Below are positions 45,774 to 58,200 of a stretch of DNA of 64,000 bases, piece by piece. Where the stretch lies: positions 1 through 64,000 of the IMG/VR virus record IMGVR_UViG_3300028844_003474. One strand, written 5' to 3'. The stretch's first letter is position 1. Each line of letters starts with the position of its first letter. Source of the stretch: a virus. The position numbers were made by a program, and so were the translations under genes. A model generated the notes under the pieces. It searched no databases, was not told where the DNA came from, and was given only the letters and a program-made list of their open reading frames with translations.

Positions 45774-48004
45774 AAATAGCAAAACAACAACGCCAGTATG
45801 AATCCAATATAACTGGTCAAAAGAAAAGCATGGGCTTTGCTCCAGATGCTGCATCTCATCTAGCAGAGTTAATGTCTAATTCTGTGTATTCTGATAAGTA
45901 CGGTAGTATTATTCGCGAAGTTGTGTCTAATGCGATTGACGCAACTAAAGAAGCAGGATCTAAAGAGCTTGTAACAATTACAGTTGAAGCTGCAGCACAG
46001 ATGTCTGAGCAAGTAAGCACCTTAACAGTAAGAGATTACGGCTTAGGTATTACTCCAGATCGTATGGATAATATCTTTACTCAATACTTTGCATCTACAA
46101 AAAGAGACACTAACGAACAGATTGGTGGTTTTGGCATTGGTGCCAAAAGTCCTTTTGCATACACTCCTTTATTCTTTGTACAAACGCACATAGATGGAGT
46201 TACACGAAAGTACATTCTTGAAAAGACAGAGTCAGATAGAACATGTACTCTTATGGATGAGTACGAAGAAGCTACAGCAAATGGCACTAGCATTACAATT
46301 CCTATTCACTCTAGCAAAGCAGAAAAACAGTTTATTAAAGCAATTCAAAAGCAACTTGTATTCTTAAGCGATAAGGTAACAATCTATGTACCTCATAAAT
46401 ACAACTTTAAAATGCCTAAGGTTGTAGATTATGGGTCTATTCTCTGTATATCAGATCTAGACTACGATACGTATGACTCGGAGTCAAGGTATACTAACAC
46501 CGAAGGCATAATGATCTGTCTAGGTGATATCTATTATGAAATACCGGCTATAGATGACAGAAAAGGAAGTAGAAATTTTGCAATTAAATTTCCAATCGGA
46601 GCGCTTAGTCCTACTTTGTCTAGAGAGAGTATAGAAATTAACGATACAGCTAGAAAACTTATTAGTGACAAGCTTGATGAAATAGATATATTGTTTGAAA
46701 CCTGGCGTGTAGACCAATCTAAGCCAGTGTTTAAGATGGAAGACATTTTAAACAGGAACAATAGATATGTTGTGTATCCAGAATCTGATATTACTGTATA
46801 CAGTGGCAAGAATATGGGTTACAATGGAAATCAGATATCTGTTAGAACGATATATGAAGGATGGCCTGAAAAGATTACTTATTACAGTGCTATAATTGAT
46901 AAAATTATTACTTGTAAAAGCTACAAACGAGACGGAAAATGGACTTCGTCTAAAGTATGGGATTTTTCATCAACTGTTATTCGAAGGACAGACTGGAAGA
47001 TAAGAAAAGACAATTATCAGATAATGCTTAAAGGATCTGATTTTAAGCTTGGAACTATTGGTAGGGAATATATTTCTCACAAATTTCCAAATGAAAATGT
47101 CATGCTTCTAAACGTAGAACGCGATATTAAAAGTGTTATACTTGATGTTTGCGGTAAGCATGATTTTTTAAATGAAGAAACCTTAACTGCTGCAGCTAAA
47201 ACCTTAACTCGCACTCTTAATGAGTACTTTAAACGTAAGTGTATTCGTCTTAAAGACTATCAACCAGATGATGAATGGCTTGAAGCTCGCAAAGTGCGTG
47301 TTAAAAATGAAAGAGTTCTAAATAATACTTGGACAAAAGAAGCTCTTCAGGTAGAATGCCCTGTTAAAAAAGTATGGGCAGAGGGTAAGTTAACTAGAGA
47401 GATAATTAAGTATGAAGATGTAAAGAAGCATCAAGATCGATACATTTTTATGCCATATCAACTGGCTAAAACGCTTTATCTTAGTTCAGAACCTACTAAG
47501 CCTGTTACTATCTATGCTGCAAGCGTTCCTAATCTTAAGAAACTTACGAGTTTAGGTGCTCATGTTTGGGATGAAAACCGATTAGCCAAGCACAATGCTA
47601 GAGAATATAGTAAATATGAGATTGAAATATTACGAAACTCTTTATTGAAAGCAATATCTAGAGAGTTAAACGATAATAATCAAAGTTTTGTAGAGTTTAT
47701 AGATAGTATGATTTCTAACGTACTTCCAAACTGTACAGAGTCTGCAGTAACTTTTGGTTACACTAAAGCACCGAAGTATTATTGGGAGATTGAAAAAGAA
47801 TCTATGGCTAATGGAGTGTACACAATAGATGGTACAAAATACAACGTTAAGAAAATAGCTAAACAAGTTAGATTGTACAAAAAGAGATTATGCAGAAGCG
47901 TAGAAGGCAAAGTACTTTGTTGCCAGATCTACGCTTTTGATAGACCCCATTTAGAGATTACGTTTTCAGAATATAAGAATTTATTTCACACTTTAATTAA
48001 ATAA
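45770..48004 (+). CDS. rIIA: rIIA-like protein with GHKL ATPase domain
   Basis: YSDK..IIREVVSNAIDA, DYGLG, STKR..N.QIGGFGIGAKSPFAY. Confidence 0.88.
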   Translation: MKIAKQQRQYESNITGQKKSMGFAPDAASHLAELMSNSVYSDKYGSIIREVVSNAIDATKEAGSKELVTITVEAAAQMSEQVSTLTVRDYGLGITPDRMDNIFTQYFASTKRDTNEQIGGFGIGAKSPFAYTPLFFVQTHIDGVTRKYILEKTESDRTCTLMDEYEEATANGTSITIPIHSSKAEKQFIKAIQKQLVFLSDKVTIYVPHKYNFKMPKVVDYGSILCISDLDYDTYDSESRYTNTEGIMICLGDIYYEIPAIDDRKGSRNFAIKFPIGALSPTLSRESIEINDTARKLISDKLDEIDILFETWRVDQSKPVFKMEDILNRNNRYVVYPESDITVYSGKNMGYNGNQISVRTIYEGWPEKITYYSAIIDKIITCKSYKRDGKWTSSKVWDFSSTVIRRTDWKIRKDNYQIMLKGSDFKLGTIGREYISHKFPNENVMLLNVERDIKSVILDVCGKHDFLNEETLTAAAKTLTRTLNEYFKRKCIRLKDYQPDDEWLEARKVRVKNERVLNNTWTKEALQVECPVKKVWAEGKLTREIIKYEDVKKHQDRYIFMPYQLAKTLYLSSEPTKPVTIYAASVPNLKKLTSLGAHVWDENRLAKHNAREYSKYEIEILRNSLLKAISRELNDNNQSFVEFIDSMISNVLPNCTESAVTFGYTKAPKYYWEIEKESMANGVYTIDGTKYNVKKIAKQVRLYKKRLCRSVEGKVLCCQIYAFDRPHLEITFSEYKNLFHTLIK

Positions 48005-48006
48005 AA

Positions 48007-49137
48007 ATGCCTAATAAGGTAAACGCGTCTCGACATGATGAAACAGTTCATGTCATGTTTGAAAACCAGATATTTGCAAAGCACTTTGACACGTGCGAAG
48101 AATCGGCAAATTTCTATCAGCAGGTTCAAACTGTCTCTGTTAACCCGTCTGAGGTTAATATTAATACGTTAAGATCTCAACTTGATTTCAGCTATCGGTT
48201 GAGTCTTGAAGAATTGCTTGTTAGAAAAGGAGGACTTTTCTACTTGAAAGGATATGAAACAGCTCCTCTTCCTGATGAATTGGTAGCTAAAATCAAGAAA
48301 GCTCTTGATAATGGCAAGTCTATTATGCCGCTTGTTAACTTTTGGAAATTGCTTATGTGCAATCCAGATACGCATGTGCGTAACGACTTGTTTAAGTTTA
48401 TGGAACACTATGATTTTCCAATTACTGATAACGGTTACTTCATTGGTTACCGAGCTTGTAAGCAAACTAACAAGACGTACAACGCTGTTACAAACTTTAT
48501 CCCTAAGGAGTATTTAACGCTTAAGGCTGAAGGTCGTAACCCGTCTGATTACACTGCGGTTAAAGATCCTAAAGGAGGAGATTTAAAAGCTGTGCTTACA
48601 GAGGTTATTACAGATGACACTGGTAATTTCATTGCTCCTGAAAACGTGCTTGGCAACTTAGAAGAAATGTTTGAAGAGCAGAACAACGGTCTTGTAGAAG
48701 CGCCTGAGTTTACAGACTTCTATAGCGGCACTACTCAAGTACGTCTTGGTGGTACAGTTAGTATGCCTCGTGACCAATGTGATAATAATCCTAATCACGC
48801 TTGCAGCCGCGGTTTGCATATTGGTACTCCTCAGTATGTACAGAACTATGGAGGTTCTAAAGCTGCATACATTGCGTGCTTAGTAAATCCAATGAATGTT
48901 GTTGCAGTACCTGGTGACTACAGCTACATGAAGATGCGTGTATGTGAGTACTATGCATATGGTATGCTTGACTTGAGTAAAGGTCAGGAAATTCGCACTC
49001 CGTATTTCGAGATTGATTACAAGACCTGGGAAGCTCGTGAGCTTGATCGACTCTTGAAAACAGTAGAGGCTGAAGAGCAATCTACTATAGTTGAAGGGTA
49101 TCGAGAGATCCTTGGCGAACGTGTAGTCGTTGCATAA
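48007..49137 (+). CDS. rIIB: rIIB-like protein
   Basis: LVNFW..NP, ITDNGYFIGYR, MPR..CD.NP..CSRGLH, VNP..VVAVP.DY..KMRVCEY. Confidence 0.9.
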   Translation: MPNKVNASRHDETVHVMFENQIFAKHFDTCEESANFYQQVQTVSVNPSEVNINTLRSQLDFSYRLSLEELLVRKGGLFYLKGYETAPLPDELVAKIKKALDNGKSIMPLVNFWKLLMCNPDTHVRNDLFKFMEHYDFPITDNGYFIGYRACKQTNKTYNAVTNFIPKEYLTLKAEGRNPSDYTAVKDPKGGDLKAVLTEVITDDTGNFIAPENVLGNLEEMFEEQNNGLVEAPEFTDFYSGTTQVRLGGTVSMPRDQCDNNPNHACSRGLHIGTPQYVQNYGGSKAAYIACLVNPMNVVAVPGDYSYMKMRVCEYYAYGMLDLSKGQEIRTPYFEIDYKTWEARELDRLLKTVEAEEQSTIVEGYREILGERVVVA

Positions 49138-49143
49138 TTGATA

Positions 49144-49174
49144 GGGAGGGGAAGGTTTAAGACTTTCCTCTCCC
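49144..49174 (+). terminator. Stem-loop (terminator or processing site)
   Basis: GGGAGGGGAAGGT-TTAAG-ACTTTCCTCTCCC; weak U-tract. Confidence 0.55.
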
Positions 49175-49184
49175 AACAATTACT

Positions 49185-50039
49185 ATGGTTAAAAAAGTTG
49201 TACGTAAGTCTATGAAAATCCGCGCTAGTGGACGCTCTACAGACTATATCAGCCCGTCTTTCGGATATGGATGTTTATTTAATTGTAGCTATTGCTACAT
49301 GAAACGACATTTATCTACAGGACTTACTATTGCTACCAACACAGATAGTATATTACAGGAGATTGACAGGCACTCTCACTTTTACGCTGACGTAGTAAAG
49401 CCTAATCAAACGCACGCAACCTATATTACTTACGATATTAGTTGTAATGAAGATTTTGCATTACACTCTAAGTACCATGACTGGCAAAAGATTTTTGAAT
49501 TTTTTAAAAATCATCCTACAGCTATGGGGTCGTTTGCTACAAAGACAGTACCTACAAACTTCTTAACTTTTAATCCTAATCAAAAAATTAGAATTAGATT
49601 TTCTCTTATGCCTCAAAAACTAGCAGACATATTAGAACCAAACACTGCAAAAATTACAGATAGAATTAAAGCTATTGATCAGTTTGTAGAAGCAGGTTAC
49701 GATGTGCATGTAAACTTTAGTCCTATTGTATTGTACAAGGGCTGGAAAAAAGATTACACAGAATTGTTTTATGAGCTAAATACAATACAGAGCAAGAGTG
49801 TTGTAAAAGCCGAGTGTATTATGCTTACCCACAACAAACAAAAGCATGAATACAATATTGAAAATAACTTGCCAGGTGAAGATTTATTGTGGAATCCTCT
49901 TATTCAAGAAAATAAAGTTTCTCAATATGGAGGTCACAATCTTCGATACCAACTACCAATTAAAGAGTTGGCTATAGAAATGTTTAAGGAAACACATGAG
50001 CGTGTGATACCTTGGAACACTATTCGTTACATATTTTAA
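49185..50039 (+). CDS. splB: Spore photoproduct lyase-like radical SAM protein
   Basis: GCLFNCSYCYM (CxxxCxxC), YDISCNEDF, RIRFSLMP, LEPNT, GYDVHVNFSP. Confidence 0.85.
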   Translation: MVKKVVRKSMKIRASGRSTDYISPSFGYGCLFNCSYCYMKRHLSTGLTIATNTDSILQEIDRHSHFYADVVKPNQTHATYITYDISCNEDFALHSKYHDWQKIFEFFKNHPTAMGSFATKTVPTNFLTFNPNQKIRIRFSLMPQKLADILEPNTAKITDRIKAIDQFVEAGYDVHVNFSPIVLYKGWKKDYTELFYELNTIQSKSVVKAECIMLTHNKQKHEYNIENNLPGEDLLWNPLIQENKVSQYGGHNLRYQLPIKELAIEMFKETHERVIPWNTIRYIF

Positions 50040-50048
50040 TTAAACATT

Positions 50049-50687
50049 ATGAAACCAGAAATATATGCAGGTTTGGAGCCTGGTGTAAAAGCTTTTGTTG
50101 TTTGTAAACTTGTTCCTGAATTTACTCCAACAACAAGAATAGAACGTGTTGAAGCAGGCATACACGCATTGTCAAAAATATATGGAATAGATGAAAAGAA
50201 TTTACGAAATCCTCCTGATCGCCGCATGATGTGGGTGGAGCCTCGGAGTATGCTTTTCTTTTATTTACGATTGTGTGGAGATACTTACGCCGGTATAGGT
50301 AGAGAGTTTAAACGTAATCATTGCTCTATTCTTAATAGCGTTAAGAATATTTCAGCTAGACTTACTTTTTATAATAGTCCAGAAAGAGCTGGATTAATAC
50401 AGTTGTTAAATGAGTTAGGACATATACCAAGTGTTATAGTAAACACATGTGCAGGCAGTATGTACTTGGATGAAATATTTGATAGCCAGAATTATGGAAG
50501 ATTTTTTAGACTTGACATGGCACGGTATGAAGCTATAATAAACAAGTACAATAGCTTAGCTTTAAAAGCTAGAATGACTAAAACAGAAGGGCCTAGAGTT
50601 AAGACTTATGCAAACAGGATTTCTGAAAAGCCTTTAAACCATTTATACGATCGTAAATTTAAAGTGAAACATAATGCTAGTGCATGA
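50049..50687 (+). CDS. DnaA C-terminal (domain IV)-like HTH protein
   Basis: R...PR...Y...IGREFKRNHCSILNSV. Confidence 0.7.
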   Translation: MKPEIYAGLEPGVKAFVVCKLVPEFTPTTRIERVEAGIHALSKIYGIDEKNLRNPPDRRMMWVEPRSMLFFYLRLCGDTYAGIGREFKRNHCSILNSVKNISARLTFYNSPERAGLIQLLNELGHIPSVIVNTCAGSMYLDEIFDSQNYGRFFRLDMARYEAIINKYNSLALKARMTKTEGPRVKTYANRISEKPLNHLYDRKFKVKHNASA

Positions 50688-51690
50688 CCCTTACTATGAT
50701 GTTAAAGCTGTAAGCAACAGCTCTCTTAGACATATTAACCCAGCGGAAGGTGGGTCTGCTAAACTCTTTAAACAGCACTGGGAAAACTTAGGACCTAAGC
50801 TTAAAACAAGCAGCTTAGAGTTTGGAAGCCTATTACATCTTGCTGTATTAGAACCACATCTTTTAGACTATCAAGTTGATCAGAGCAATACCCCTGATAA
50901 AATTCGAGACATCTTAAAAGATTTGTATACTCAAACTATTGAAAGCGATGCACTTGCAGCCACTATTGTAGGAGAAGAGGTTGAAGTAGGACCGATCGAA
51001 GACTATGCCTACTCTATTATTGGAGTATGTGACAAGCACGCTTATGGCAGAACTTGGAAGACAGAGACAAGGATGAACAAAATACTCTCTTCTGGATATG
51101 AGTATTGGAACTTGTTGCGTAATTCTAAAAAGTTTATTATTACTCAAGCACAGCACGACTTAATGCAAGTCTGCTTAGAGTCTATTAAAAACAATTCAGC
51201 TGTAAATCAAGCTTTGTATGGAATTACAGGAAAAGGCGAGTGCGAAACTTTTAACGAGTTAGAAGTACACTGGTCTGATCCGATGCTTTCTTTTCCCCTT
51301 AAAGGAAAGATTGACAGGCTTCAAGTTAATCATACTGAAAAAACCTTTCAGATCATTGACCTTAAAACTACTAGCAAAGCTTTAGGTCAATTTCATGAGT
51401 CGTTTGAACACTATCATTACTATAGACAAGTAGCTTTTTACGAAGAAGCTGCTCGTTACTGGCTTTCTCAAAAGTATCCAGGGGAAAAATACGAAGGAGA
51501 AAACCACACAATTTGTGCTGTAGAAACTAAGCATCTTAATCAGTGCAAAGCTTTTACAATAAAGTCAGATAGTACAATCCGAGGCAATAATGAAATGTAT
51601 GATTTGTTAGTTAGACTTGATCATCATTTTAAAAACAATGCTTGGAATAATGATTTAGAAACACTAAAGAATATAAGAGTATATTTATGA
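50674..51690 (+). CDS. PD-(D/E)XK exonuclease VIII-like (DUF3799-type)
   Basis: SNSSL, FGSLLH..VLEP, KGKIDRL, IIDLKTT, YYRQVAFY. Confidence 0.88.
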   Translation: MLVHDPYYDVKAVSNSSLRHINPAEGGSAKLFKQHWENLGPKLKTSSLEFGSLLHLAVLEPHLLDYQVDQSNTPDKIRDILKDLYTQTIESDALAATIVGEEVEVGPIEDYAYSIIGVCDKHAYGRTWKTETRMNKILSSGYEYWNLLRNSKKFIITQAQHDLMQVCLESIKNNSAVNQALYGITGKGECETFNELEVHWSDPMLSFPLKGKIDRLQVNHTEKTFQIIDLKTTSKALGQFHESFEHYHYYRQVAFYEEAARYWLSQKYPGEKYEGENHTICAVETKHLNQCKAFTIKSDSTIRGNNEMYDLLVRLDHHFKNNAWNNDLETLKNIRVYL

Positions 51691-51691
51691 T

Positions 51692-52201
51692 ATGGATTTA
51701 CTCTCAGATTTAATTCAATCTATCGATTGGAAATCAGATTATAATAAAGAATTAAAAAGAATAAGATCCGAAATATCTAAGGCCTTAGGTATTCCCCGGT
51801 CTTCTTTGGTTATCGGGCAAGACTCAGATGCTGAACGTCTTTATTGGAAACTATGGAATTTAGCGCGGGAGGATAGAGCTGTAAAGCGAAAACTCCGCAT
51901 TAAAGAAATAGCCAATACTGATTTTAAGCATCTGAGTAATGCTCGTGCCAATGATCTTGCAACTTTACAGTACGCAAAAGAAATAGAAGCTTCAAGAGAA
52001 CATGCTATCTACAGTCCTGACAACAAGACTGTGTATACTGCATCTAGTATTGAGCGTGCACAAGCGGCACACGATAAAAACATGAAGACTTACAAGAATT
52101 GTAATAAACGAATTAACAACATGTTGAATTTAGATTACAGTCATTTATCTCAAATACAAGTTTGGTACGGAGCTGAAGACGAGCCTGATAAAAGAGATTA
52201 A
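51692..52201 (+). CDS. Hypothetical protein
   Basis: ORF track; stop overlaps the convergent vRNAP stop (TTAA). Confidence 0.6.
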   Translation: MDLLSDLIQSIDWKSDYNKELKRIRSEISKALGIPRSSLVIGQDSDAERLYWKLWNLAREDRAVKRKLRIKEIANTDFKHLSNARANDLATLQYAKEIEASREHAIYSPDNKTVYTASSIERAQAAHDKNMKTYKNCNKRINNMLNLDYSHLSQIQVWYGAEDEPDKRD

Positions 52202-55200
52202 TTACCGTACAAGGAGTAAGCTTGGTGATTTGCAATGCTTTCTTCTAAAGCGGTGTAATGTTTCCAGCCAAACGTTCCTCTAGCTAAGTACGACGTTGCT
52301 TTAACATCTCCGTATCTAAAGCCGCCTTCAAATCGATCCCATTCCCCTGTCCATATAGCTTTTAACGCTTCTACCCCTGCAAGTGCAATAAAGCTTATTG
52401 TTCGAACGGAAGGTATTGGATCTTTACCAATACGTTTTAAAGTGTCGCCAATTTCAAAAGGAGATACAAAAGTCAACATCTCTTTCTTTAAACGCTCTAC
52501 ATGATAGAGTAACTTTGCTTTGTAGAATTCATCGTTAACCAGGAAGAGTTCATCGTCATCAGAGTCTTCAATTTTAATCATTGAAGCAAGCAGCCAGAGA
52601 GCTGCAGTACTCGCCATGCCAGTCATCATTTCATACATAGCACGTTTAGCAGCATTAACAACGTGAGGTTGATCCTTGTATTGCTCCATTAAAAGACTGA
52701 ATTTCATGAGTTGTTTTTCATTGTAGCTCGTCATGAAATACGTATGCATCATTTTACCAAATCCACGGTACCAACCAATTTCAGTTTCTTCGCGTGCTTC
52801 GCTAAATTCTTCAGCTGCAAAACGTTTAAAAATGCCGTGAGGAATCCATTTACGATATTGTAATCCTGCTTGACCTAAAGCATGTCTAGCAATTGTACCT
52901 TGATCTTCCTTGTTGTAAGCACCATGAATTCGCTGCAACCGACTAAGCAACTTTTGTTTAAAGTTTGCCAGCTCGTCTAAAGTCAGATCTACTTCACCGT
53001 AAGGACGAATGATTTTTGCTCCTTCTGGAAGTACAACTCCTTCTGCAGCCGTGTAATTCAGAGCTTCATACAAATTAGTCTCACTACCATCGGCTAAGAT
53101 TACCTTTTGTCCAAGCATGTGTGCAATCATAACTTGATTTTGCATCAAGATTTCACCCATGTTTTGACCGTAAAACAAACGATTCATCCACACTCCCATT
53201 CTATCACGGACAAAAGAGATTTCTTTTTGATCCATAGTAACGTCGAAGAACTTGATCAGTCCGACTGTTTTGTTATCTGTAACAAACCCAGCCTTCTTTT
53301 TCCCATGTGCCATTCTGTGTAGCTCGCCATAGTTAGCGGCTATTTTTTTACGGGCATTACGCGAATCCTTGTTTGTATAGTAGATACCTCCTGCGTTTTC
53401 AATTCTTTGTTGAACCGAACCATACAAAAAGTTGTTTAACCAAGAAGAAGGGTTAAGACCAATACCCATCATAGAGTTGTAAGTCAGTATGCGATCTACA
53501 ATTTTAGAAAAAGCATCTTGATCAACCCAGCCTTGACCAAAGTATCCTTGCAACATATGTTCCAACGATTTTTTAGCACGACTTTCACTTCCTGCAATGG
53601 TCTTCTTTTTAACTTGTTTTTCTTTACCAAATCCAATAACTGATTTGGCATCAATCTTAGAACTAATTAAACGCATGTTGTCGATCTGATCTCGAGAAGC
53701 CAGCGAAAATGTTTCAATAGTATCTAAGGCTTTTTGTTGGGATGCACTAACAATAAACTCTGCAATTGTTTCTTGCAGATTAGTCATAACTTTTTGCCCG
53801 TCACGAGTAAATAAGAACGAAGGTTGAGATCGCACATAGACAGGTTTATCTTCTGCATCTAATCTTTCTTGCAACTCTTCACCTGTAATTGTAATAAGCT
53901 TACGAGCTTTGTCTTCAAGCTCTGTAAATACAGTAAGCTCTCCCTCACTAAACTGAGGAATGAGGTTTCGGTCAAAAAATTTATGATCTCTGCCTAAAGC
54001 CGAACGCATTAGAGTTTTAAGATCCTGTATAGTTTGTTTTTGAACCTCAGTAAGCAGATCATACTTGTCATTTTTGTACTTGTCAATGACTTGAAGTCCT
54101 CCGTTTGGATCCCACTGGTCGTTCCGGAATTCATCTTTTACTTTCTCTTGCTTGTACTTACTAAAAGCTTTTGGCTGACGTTGACCTGCTCGATTGACTT
54201 CACTGTATTGGATGTCCCAGTCTCGTAACGCTTCTTCACCTTTAGCTTTAGCTGCAGCCCGATCTGTTCTGTAAGTTTTTAAATCTATTTCCCAAGTGTG
54301 ATACTTCTTCCAAACTTTTTTGTCTACGTTAGCAAGCATGTATTCAATCTCTTCAAGACGAGCTTTGTCTTCTTGACTCATAACCCCGATCCGCTCGGCA
54401 TTTTCTTTGATTGTAGCTTGCTCTTGCTCTAAAGCTTTATACTCTTCAGTCCGCTTTCGATGCTTGTACTTTGTATAGTACTCAGGCGTAAATTCTTGGA
54501 TAGTATTTTCTGCTTCAAAAATTTTAACATCCTTAGAATTATCTCTATCCATATAGTATCTACCAGTAATAGGTGAGACAAACCGTTTGCGGTCTTCGTC
54601 TAAAATTTGCTCCCACTGATTACCTGCATCCAGGTACGTCTTGCTAATTTTATTCAGATTTGAAATCTCTTGTTGTGCTTCTAATCCATGTCTATCAAGC
54701 GTGCGTTTAACTTGAAGACTTAACAGTTTAAGCACAACTGCAGATTGTTCTTTAGACCCCATAAAACCTTCTCTCCAGAAACCACTATCTAAAGCGTATT
54801 TCCAGAGGTTACCGTCATCAGACAAATCAAAAATGTTAGTTGCTAATTTTCTAATGATAGGATCAGCTGAAGCTTGCTTAAGTTTTTCGCTAATAGCCTC
54901 TTTTAATACATTGTCTATACGTTTTACTTGACCCGTAAGCGTATCACCTAACTGACCTAAGCGCGCAATGTCTGCACTAGGAGCACGGCTTTTTTCTCCC
55001 GGAGCTTTTGGATTAAATCCAACTGCAGCTTGTTGCATATTTAACAATATCTGCCTTGCGTTGTATGCCCGGTTGTAAAACTGACGATCAATTTCAGTCC
55101 ATTCTCTGCCTTTTATATTATCCAGGTAGCCAGCACTTTGCTCTAACAGCATATTAGTGTCAGAAACAACTTCTTCAGTTAAATCTGCTATACGCCCTAC

Positions 55201-58200
55201 AATTTGAGAACGCATGTCACTTGTAAGTCTACCCAGAGTACGGTTATTGTTCATCAACGTTTCTAACAACTTAATCTCTTCGTCTTCAGAAATACCAAGA
55301 CGACGCATATGTTGAATACGTTCTGCAATAACTTCTCTTACGCCTGTTAGCATTTCCATCTCATTTAAATGAGACTTTAATCTTTGCTCAGCTTCAAAAG
55401 ATAAAAGGTTATTGATGTGTACATCTTTACCTCTAAACATGTTACGAGCCAGCTGTTCTGCAGCGTCTACTGTAACTTCTCTGCCCATAACACGGCTTAA
55501 GAATTTAGAAATAGCTCTAAAAATTCTACGGAAAACAGTTTGGATTTTACTTACACCTAACTCTTCTGCATACACCGTGTCGCCTTTTAAGCCCATAGCT
55601 GTAGCCAGGACTTCCATATCAAGATCACGCGTTGTTTTTTCAGAGTACAATGCTTGTGTGTCTCGGTAGAGCTGCGTGCCTCTTAATTCTTTAATAGCTT
55701 GCTGAACCAGGGGGTGGTTGTAGCCAAGCATTTCGATATAGATGTGTGCAAACTCGTGAATTAACGTGTCGCTTCTCATCTTGTCAGGATGAATTCTAAT
55801 CTCGGCTTTACCCTCAACCATCTGCACTCCACCGGCACCTTCTATACTACTGTCAAGAATAACTTTAACTTCGACACCTGCATCTCTAAAGAGTTGTGTA
55901 AGCTTGGCTTTACGTTCAGCAAACTGACGTTCAGGTTTAGAACTTCTTCCTACTTTGCTTTCCTCTTTTATTTCAGATTTAGACATACTTTCAGTGTCTT
56001 CTACGCCGCGTTCAAACTCAGCGCGGAGTTCACTCATAGTTCTGTCTTCATGAAATCTGCTTGAAGTTAGAGGCCTAGTGATATAACCACGCTGTCCTCC
56101 AACTGTGAAATAAACACGTTGAACTTTATCTAGTGTAACCGCAACCATGCGATTAGTTTGGATAGCTTTTAAATGAGAGTTCTTACCTATTATTTCATAG
56201 ACATTAGGACTAAGAGCAGCCAACAGTTTTATCTCAAGAGGATCTTGTATAGGATTCTCAAGCTCTCTAAAAAATACTTCTGGTAAGAACTTTGTTAAAG
56301 TGTCTCCACCAAAACGCCAGCCGCTACGCTCTGCTTCATATTCAGCCAGAGCATAGGCAAATTCTTTTACGGCGTTGTCTTCGCTTTCAGTTAGTTCTTT
56401 CCATGCTTCATAAAAATCTTGACCCATTTCAGGATCATGAATACGTTGATGATGATTAACATCAATAAATATGTTTCCGCTACCTACACCAAAGAGATTG
56501 CTAGAAGCCATAACAGCAGTATCACGGACGTATAAGTTTTCTAGTACAAACTTTAAGCTTGAGTCATTAGCAACTTTTTTACGACCAGCGTTACTCTTGA
56601 AGTAATCAAAAAAGTCTTGAATGTTCCAAGTCTGGTACTGCCCTTTTTTACGGGCAGGTCTAAGCTGAGATACATTCTCTACTCCTTTAAGCTCTCCCAT
56701 ACGCAAGTAAGAGCTAGTACCTTCCTTGCGTCTAGCAGAAATAAAAGCTTTAGATGCCATATATTTCTGGTGACGATCAGATTGGTCAAACGTAATACCT
56801 TCGCTTGACTCTAAAGCTTCGCTGAAATAAGGTATACCAAGAGACATTAAAATGTCTAATGTAGTTTGAGCAATGTCTAAGTTCTCTTTGACTACAGGCA
56901 AGTGCGTAATGTCTAACGGACTTCCTGCACCGCTTAACAAACTTTCAACACCTTCAAAAGTTTGTTGACCTGTAAGGAAAGGAATAAAAGTTGTACCTAA
57001 CTCTGACAGCTTTTCTTCTTGAGTGCGCATCAACTTTTTAAGCGGCTCAAGTTTAAGGGAAAGCTCTGTGTTCCAAGCAATTACAGCTTTTAACCTCCAG
57101 TTGTCTTGGATTTTATTTTCTATTTCTTCCTCGGTCAACTCATTGTTGATATAGTCAATAGAATCTTGATCGGTTGCAGCTTCCCAAGCTTCCTCCATCG
57201 TAAAGCCAATCATGTGTAGATCCTGCCAAATCTGAAAGTTGTTAAGTCCAATACCAAGTTGACCGTACACAGGGTCTATAGCACCGTCCATAGATGCACC
57301 AACTGTTTGTGCATTAAAACGAATACGGTCTGGCGTTAATGATCTCCACGTTACTCTAGAAATCATCTTACCTCCCGGAGTTTCAATGTCTGCATCTAAA
57401 TCAAATGCAATTTGATACCGTTGCAGATTCAACCAGAACGTATTGTTCTTTGCAGAAATACCTTTTAGTCCAATACCTGCAATGTTGTCTTGGAACATAC
57501 GCTGGTGAGACAAATAGGAGTATGGGTTTTCCGCAACATAAGTATCAAGATTAACGCCTTCTATTTCCCTGCCTGGAAGTTTACCAGCTTGGTTTAAAGT
57601 CTCCCTAAAATTTCTAAGAATTACAAAATCTTGTTCTTGCAGTACTTCTTCCTCAAATATTTTAGGATCAGTAAGAACTTCAAATACAAGTTGCAAATAC
57701 TCATTCCATACAGATTCGTATGCAGACAAATCTTCTTTAGACTTGTGTACTTTCCAGTTGAGATACAACTTGTCGTTGTCAAAGTCAGAACCCATCTGCG
57801 CAACAAAGTCCGGCGGTACAAGCATACCGTCTTGACCTTCAGGGAGGAAGCCTATTACTTTAATTACTGCAGAAGTGTTTTTATGCTCGCCTGGAATACG
57901 ATAAGCCAGCATAGTGAGAACACGATCCGGAATAGATTCGATAGGACTGTTTCGATACTCTGCCGGTAAGAAAGCTTTAGACACAATAACTTCAGCAGGA
58001 AGAACCTTACCGTCTTCTAAACGCATACCTTTTAAGCCATCTTTAATTCCCAAGTCTGGCATTTGCACCTGCATACCTCCCGGTATTTTTAAATGCTTGT
58101 AGTCTCTATGTAAAATAGCAAACAATGCGTTTACCATAGGACGAGCCATCATAGGATTGTTAAGAGCCCTATCCTTACTACGCAGCATTTCAACCAGAGC

